DNA from: Tubiluchus corallicola
Lineage: Eukaryota; Animalia; Priapulida
DNA length: 64,000 bases
Direction: 5' to 3'
Assembly (NCBI GenBank): GCA_030141605.1
Contig: JAQGDQ010000076.1
Span: 620,001 to 684,000 of the forward strand
Position numbers and translations under genes: made by a program. The first letter of the stretch is position 1. Each line of letters begins with the position of its first letter. This document shows, in pieces, positions 59,601 to 64,000 of this stretch. The notes under the pieces were generated by a model that was not told where the DNA came from, ran no database searches, and worked only from the letters and a program-made list of their open reading frames with translations.

Positions 59601-61547
59601 GATGCATAGAAAACTCCGTAAAATTCTTCTAATTTATTTCTTTTTTTCGAATTTGCAGTCGAAATCTAGCCCTCTATATGTTTTCGAAATTCAGCCGCGT
59701 ATATTATTAGGTAAAAGGGTGTTTTTGTAATGAAGCAAAGCTGTGGTTTAGAGCTTTCCTAAGCAAGTGATTTATTTCGTTAGAAGGTCCGTCGATATTG
59801 ATTATGTCTAAAAAATAAAGGCGTGTCCATAAACGGAATGCCAGCTAAGGGTACGGGTTCCACAACTTCCACTTGTTTAGAGAGAACATTCAATTAAATT
59901 AGTGTACCAAATTCTAGAGCCTCAAAGAATTATGTTTACGACTTACCCAGTCCAAAATGCATTTAAAATGGCTGGCGTCTACCATCACCTCAGTGGATGT
60001 GGCTGAAGTTCTACTCTTTAAGTCATTTTTACACCAAAACGCAGAAACCAGACTGTGTGGTGGAAATACTATTCTACTAAGCCGTTAATTTTCAAGCAGT
60101 TATTCTTCAACGACATGGTAGTACAAATTCTGCGATTATTATCATATTATGCGTCTTTTTATAGCCGTGATGCAAACTGCGTGATAGAAATTTTGTTCCT
60201 CGTATTACGTCATTTTACAGGCCAGTCGCAATCGCTGAATGCAAAAAGGTGGCACTTAACTTGATAGGCGCCCCGCTAAGTGTTGGCAGCTCTGTGGGCT
60301 TCACTGCAACTTTTTTAGCTTGGATACTATATTCAGCTGCCAACGTTTTACATATGTTAGCGTTGTGTTGGTTATGGCAGCTTGACTGATAGGCATCAGT
60401 CTCTGGGCTTCTCGTGCGCTATGCTGGTGCCCCGCTTCTCGCTGGCTTCTTTCTCTGGTGTTTTGATAGATTTAGTTTAACGTTTCTTGGAGTAAAACAA
60501 ATCCCTTGTTTAGATTTCGATAATAATTAAGTGCTGCTGTCTAATGCAAAGTGTTTGGTTGTAAACAGTGAAGTGTTTGTGTTTCAAATTTCGCGTGTTT
60601 ACCTGTAAATCACCTGACCACACGTGTGCAAGAATCTGCGGAATAATTTATGGTTTCACGTGGATCAGTCAGTCAACAGAACCATTATCGGGTGGTGTGA
60701 ATCTGTCCTAACCCTTTTGACACTAGGTTTTTTGGGAGCTAAATTCTCAACCTGTGTATCTTGGTTAAAAGTGGGTAATTTTCATGAAAAATGTCAATTG
60801 CGCTATCCTAAAACAAGCTTTCCCTCAAATCACACGAAATATTTTAGTGAGAAACCCATTACTTTCTGGCAAAGTGTCCCGATCCATTGCCGGGCAGGTA
60901 AAAATCATGACATTGTTCCAATAATCGCGTACCTTTGTTGGTCGCTACGCTATTTCCCGCGCATTTGACTTATTTTCCCAAGCATGACGTAAACAGATTC
61001 TCAGCCTGCAAAGACTTCCATGTTTCTCGCTGTTTGTTGACAGTTCCTGAACAAGTTCATGACAGTTTGCTTTTGGTTAACGACCGATTCTGCCAATAGG
61101 TTATGATGGGCATAAAGCTAGTTTTTTCCGGAAGGTCATTTACATCTTTGGAAGGAGCTTCCAAGTCACATATATACATGTTGCTTAGAATAGTTGAAAA
61201 GCGTTTTTGATAATACTCACTATGCTTGGTTGTGTTTTTTTAATGTTGTGCCCTTCCGTTTGTGTTGCGCTGATCTTATATAATTCAGTGTGTTCTTGGT
61301 TTCCCTAATTCACCTTTAGTCTATGTTACATTCGAATGCATTTCTTCGATATTATGGTTGCACCATATTTCAGATCTTGCTGCTATTCGGTCTGTGCCAT
61401 ATAACGTTATAAAGTTATTTTTTATCTCTTTATGATTGCTTGTCTTTTGTGCGTTTTTCCTTCCGTTTACTTTTCCTCAAATATCATTTCCCAGCTTTGT
61501 ATTATCATCTTCTTTTTCTTAATTCTTTTCCTATCTTTCGGCCCCTT

Positions 61548-61552
<5 letters not shown>

Positions 61553-61607
<55 letters not shown>

Positions 61608-61890
61608 TTTCTCTCTTGCCGTTTCTTCTTCTTTTCTCCTGTCTCGCTTCTTTTTTCTTTTCCTTTTATTCTCGCCCTTTCCCTTTTTCGTTCTATCTTT
61701 TATTCTGATTTGCCCTTATTTGCCATTCGTTCATTCTATTCTGTACCGTTCCAGTCGTATTTGGTCTCGCCTATTCTGTTCTATTGTGTTTACATTGTTC
61801 AGAGTCATATTCGGCCCGTTAGTCATGTTCTGTTCAAATCTATTCTGTTTTATTCTGTTCTTCGTTTTGTTGTGCCGGTCTTATATAACT
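61553..61890. repeat. (TC)n microsatellite followed by pyrimidine-rich (TTCTA/TTCTG-like) low-complexity DNA
   Basis: Seen directly; explains the Phe/Leu/Ser-rich ORFs 61432..61943. Confidence 0.85.
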
Positions 61891-64000
61891 TAAAATGTGC
61901 TGATCCTATATGTTTTTTATCTGGAACTTGCATTTTGAATTAGGTGAGAAAAATGCATGTTATCATTTAGTAAGTCTGATTTCATTCTATTTCATTTCAT
62001 TTCAATTCTTAACTGGGCCCACATTTAGTTTGTCCACACCATATGGTTTCAAATTATTTTCTCTATCATGTTGTCAAAATTCTTTTTCCCAATTCTAAAT
62101 GGTATCTGGAATTTTCGAAAATTAATTGACAAATTAAGTGGATTTGGGTAACTGAGCAAACAGCCATTGCTTGTTTTGACGAGGCTTTATTTTGTTTAAC
62201 TAGACGTCTCTTTCACTTCAGCTGATGTTGTGATAGCAAGACCTTAAAATTGCTAGAGTGTGGCTGAAGAGTATAATATAGTGGCTCCTATAAATCTTGC
62301 TGTTAAAGAATGTGGCTTTTCTTGAGAATAGTTACTAGTACCACTGGCACTTCAAAAGGTTAAAAACTGGAGATCATTGGTTTTGTTGCCCTCATAGGAT
62401 GTACGACTGAATGTGTTGTGCATTTGTTGCATAGGAGATAATCTGAACTTTGTCAAATTTAACAGAGGATTGCCGCTCGTGTAAACTGTATCTGAATTAT
62501 GTTTCTGAGGTCTAAAGGTCAAGGTCACAAACCGACTTTGGGAAGGGTATACAACAAATCACATAAAAGGAATCAGTGAAATAAAGCCAAATTTGGGGTA
62601 ATTGTAGGTGTCATTTTTGTTTTGGTGCTCGTTAAGCTAGGTGTTAAGAACTTGGGGTCTTAATCAATTTTGCATTGTCAGTGATATGTTTCAGAAATTG
62701 GTGGCGGACAGTCAGGTATCCCTCCCCCACCACAAGTTTATATTTGAGCTTGTTAACTCAAGACAACAATCTAATTATTACAAGTAATCTTTGGTTTATT
62801 AGATATTCAACAACAAGTCATGTTACTTAGAAGGAGTTTTCATATAATTCACATGGTTACAGTATAAGATCCGAATATCAAATATTCCCTCATTTTGAGT
62901 CTTGAGTGATTTGAGTGATTGGTCTCTCAACGATTCCCCCCTATGAAATTTCTTGGGATTAATTATTTCCTTACTACTTAAAAAGTTGAAACGTAATTAG
63001 TATGTTTGCAGTATTCTGACATTTCTTTGACCTTGGCCAGATATATGGTTTCTCTTCGTTGTTCATAGTATCACTGGCTACATAAAGTGATTGACAATAA
63101 GAACAACATCATCTTGATTCCAGCTGTCAAAAGCCATGTCTTATTGCATCGCATTTATCTGAGCCACTAATTGCCCTAGCTTCTGATGCGGATTCCATTT
63201 GAGAATGCTGACAACAGTGATGTTGTGTTTATCAGTTTGCATCGCGCAGCCAAGGTCGTATTCGTTAAACGTGTATCCTACCTACATTCCTGACAAGATG
63301 AGGAATTTAAGCCTGTTAAGTGGACGCTGGAACGATTTCACGAGATGTTTCAGAAATGTTTCAGCTACTGTAGGCTGTTGCTAAATATTCGTTAGGATTC
63401 TTAGGATATAAGTAACTTAAGTACAAGAACCAACGTGTGGTGGATAGTTTTCGGCAATTCGGAATTTGTAACTCTTCGGTATGTGCTGCCAAAAAATAAT
63501 CTAATAATGAACTCGCAAATTAAGAAGCGGTGCTTATTCTGGGTACTGTGGGAGTTCCTTATGCCTTTCTGCATATTTTTTGGTGTTTGAAGCAGCATCA
63601 AGAAAAAAGCTGATGCACCAAATACTGCCCCTCCCTCACCTTCATAGCTCTTCGATTCATCTTAACCACATCTCTGCTTCACTCCACATTAAATAGTGGC
63701 CCCCTGGACCACATCTCCACATTGGTCCACGTTGGAAAGTTAAACTGACCAGCTGTCATGTTACTGACACTTAGGGAGTAATTACAAACTGTACGTAAAC
63801 AACAAGCAGAAGATATGTGAATAATCACATGCTAACAATGTTAAACGCGTTTACAAGAAAGAAGCCACTCTAGTATCAGAACTTTGTTCATCAGTGATTA
63901 ATTCTTGCCCCCATATAGGATGGTGTTTATTTCAGTGGTGACATTCGTAGACCTTGATCACTTTTCTAGGGAGTAAGCAACCATTTACTGAGAAATGCAG

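Noticed and set aside
59197-59730. 177-aa hydrophobic plus-strand ORF
   Set aside because: T-rich antisense shadow of the A-rich minus-strand remnant; not a spectrin exon.
61432-61943. Long Phe/Leu/Ser-rich ORFs resembling membrane proteins
   Set aside because: Arise from pyrimidine-rich low-complexity DNA that lacks stop codons.

Overview
AT-rich, intron-rich animal (invertebrate, probably protostome) genomic DNA, so most of the supplied ORF track is spurious or catches only exon fragments. Three spliced genes can be rebuilt by hand with GT-AG junctions and consistent phases. (1) The last six coding exons of Sec23 (COPII coat; + strand, 3463-7951). (2) A complete 7-exon, 329-aa single-domain LAMP-family (LAMP5/UNC-46-like) type I membrane protein on the - strand (16165-10604), convergent with Sec23 and almost invisible in the ORF track. 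(3) The first 29 coding exons (1592 codons) of beta-spectrin (+ strand, 23997-56377, continuing beyond the window). Introns and intergenic DNA carry a Tc2/pogo-type MITE, two copies of a TTAA-flanked Kolobok-type MITE, decayed RTE-X and R2/HERO-like LINE fragments, tRNA- and 5S-derived SINE remnants, microsatellites and a probable decayed LRR-GPCR nested antisense in a Sec23 intron. The most interesting leads are degenerate minimal hammerhead-ribozyme repeats in a Sec23 intron, a possible structured stop-codon readthrough extension of Sec23, the LAMP gene with an extra cysteine pair, and an Asn->Thr change in the near-invariant spectrin actin-binding signature. No clearly novel multi-gene system is demonstrated; all identifications come from motif recognition by eye, without database searches.
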